This document shows positions 62,601 through 64,000 of a stretch of DNA of 64,000 nt, piece after piece. The notes beneath the pieces were generated by a model. The model did no database searches and was not told the DNA's origin. It worked only from the letters and a program-made list of their open reading frames with translations. Source of the stretch: Mytilus trossulus (lineage: Eukaryota); assembly GCF_036588685.1 (NCBI RefSeq), contig NC_086386.1, forward strand, positions 46,810,001-46,874,000, in the 5' to 3' direction. The first letter of the stretch is position 1. Every line of letters starts with the position of its first letter. The position numbers and the translations under genes were made by a program.

Positions 62601-64000
62601 CTCAGAATTTTTTAAAAGTGTAATATACAAACTGGTTGGGCTATTTTAGAAATGATGGAACACAATAAGCAATTGGGATCATAAGGTACTTTACTTACTT
62701 TTTTTTTGCTTTCTTTGTGGTTTCATAATATATAGAAGTCAAGAACAAGTTAATATGTATAAATGGTGGAATCTGCAAAGCGGGTCTTCCAATATATCAG
62801 TGTTTCTATTTCTGAATCAGACCTTATAGAACAAAATGTTAATTCCAGCAGTAGTATTTGTACCAATTTCTAGATGAACCTTTTCATCAGAACAGAGATA
62901 AAATGTTTGGATAGTGCAGCGTCTACATTACATTTGGATATTATTTCTATACTACTTACCTTGTATTTTTAGCGTAGCATTGGTTAAAGACCCCTGATTA
63001 GGGTTCTGTGCTCTTTGGGCAGCTAAAAGATTACTGACATTGACCATCTGGTTCCCTCCTATTTGTTGTACGAGTCTGGCCACTAGAGGAGCACCTGCTC
63101 CTGATGACTGGATCAATGAAGATAATGAAGTTGCTGTCACTACACCAGACTGAGGAGTGTGTAATCGTGTTGGGACAGGGGATCCAGGAGTAGGGGTACC
63201 AGCAGGAGATTGTTGAGGAACAGGAGAACCAGCGGAGGCTTGTCGCTGTATCAACTGTGGCCTTATAGCGGAAGCTAGACTTTGTGTTATAGCTTGAGAT
63301 ACTGGAGATGAGGCATCAGCAACGGAAGCCTGCAAACTTTGAAGTATACTGAGTGGTAATTGTTTGAGAAGATTTTCTCCTTTGAGTTGTGTCACATTTG
63401 TAGGCTGGGGACTTGTTATATCATTACCAGATTTGGCTGAAAAGAAAAATCAGTTTAACATGACAAAGGGAAGGTTTTGATAAAGGACATGTATGATAAT
63501 ACCACTTCACATGCCCCTTGAATTCAAAATCAATTATAAATCTAATAAATAAAAAGCTTCACAAATGCTTAAGATGTTTTAATTACATTAAGCTGTCTAA
63601 AATCAGTCTTCTTGTTTTTTTAATAGTGCCTTTGGTATTAGATAAAGGGCTTTACATTTCTGCAATTAATGAAAACTGATAAAATTTTGAAATCTTGTCA
63701 CTAATACTTATATATTAAGAATGATATTTTGCCTGATATAAAAGCAAAAGTGTGTATTTAAAGTTTTTCAATATTGCAAAAAAATCATTTATTTGTAGAA
63801 CTAATCTTTCAAATTGATAAAATATTACTACAATATGATCCATGTTGTACATGTGCACATTATAATCAGGTTACTCACCTAATTTAGCAGCATTACTTGC
63901 TTGTTGAGCTGCAGCCACTTGTTGTAACTTCTGTTGAAGTTGTTTCTGTTGTTGAAGTTGTTGTAACTGATACTGTTGAAGCTGGAATCTTATCGTAGCT
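59658..64000 (-). CDS. 3' end of a large gene with a Gln/Gly/Pro/Thr-rich low-complexity C-terminus (probable nuclear co-regulator); continues beyond the window
   Basis: Exons 63879-64000 (ATIRFQLQQYQLQQLQQQKQ...), 62960-63436, 62245-62433, 61460-61723 and 59658-60100 (...KTTPVYARIITPPAGMRLATV...DNKEGNS*). All phase-1 GT-AG and in frame. No folded domain lies in the window, so identity is not assigned. Confidence 0.85.
61107..61314. mobile_element. Tc1/mariner-type MITE in an intron
   Basis: TA|CTGTGGATTCATTAAT ... AAATGAATCCACAG TIRs. A partial related copy lies at about 8580-8740. Confidence 0.75.

Noticed and set aside
59658-64000. Naming the right-hand gene (e.g. NFRKB-, EMSY- or HCF-like)
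   Set aside because: Only low-complexity C-terminal sequence is in the window; composition is suggestive but not diagnostic without a search.

Overview
AT-rich, intron-containing animal genomic DNA. The dispersed repeats look like those of a bivalve mollusc, probably a Mytilus-type mussel; this is inference, no search was run. The main content is a cluster of five paralogous genes (called A-E here, 6.3-47.2 kb) reconstructed by hand from GT-AG splice sites and intron phases. Each encodes a small type I membrane protein: signal peptide, one von Willebrand factor A (VWA/integrin I-like) domain, a Cys-containing Ser/Thr-rich stalk, one TM helix and a short cytoplasmic tail (the signal exon of A is unresolved). 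The paralogs differ systematically: the MIDAS metal site is intact in A and B, partly lost in E and lost in C and D; stalk exons total 21-115 aa; tail tyrosine motifs are YxxM in B and C, ITIM-like SVYENL in E and absent in A and D. Gene D looks like an anti-Lepore-type chimera (5' half like C, 3' half like E). Further right are a 3-exon GPI-anchored Ly6/uPAR (Quiver/sleepless-like) gene and the last five exons of a large Gln/Gly/Pro/Thr-rich protein gene. Introns and intergenic DNA hold a decayed Tc1 transposon with a nested MITE, several MITEs with readable TSDs, Penelope-like RT relics and a 32-bp minisatellite. A possible decayed multi-exon gene lies in the first 2.1 kb.
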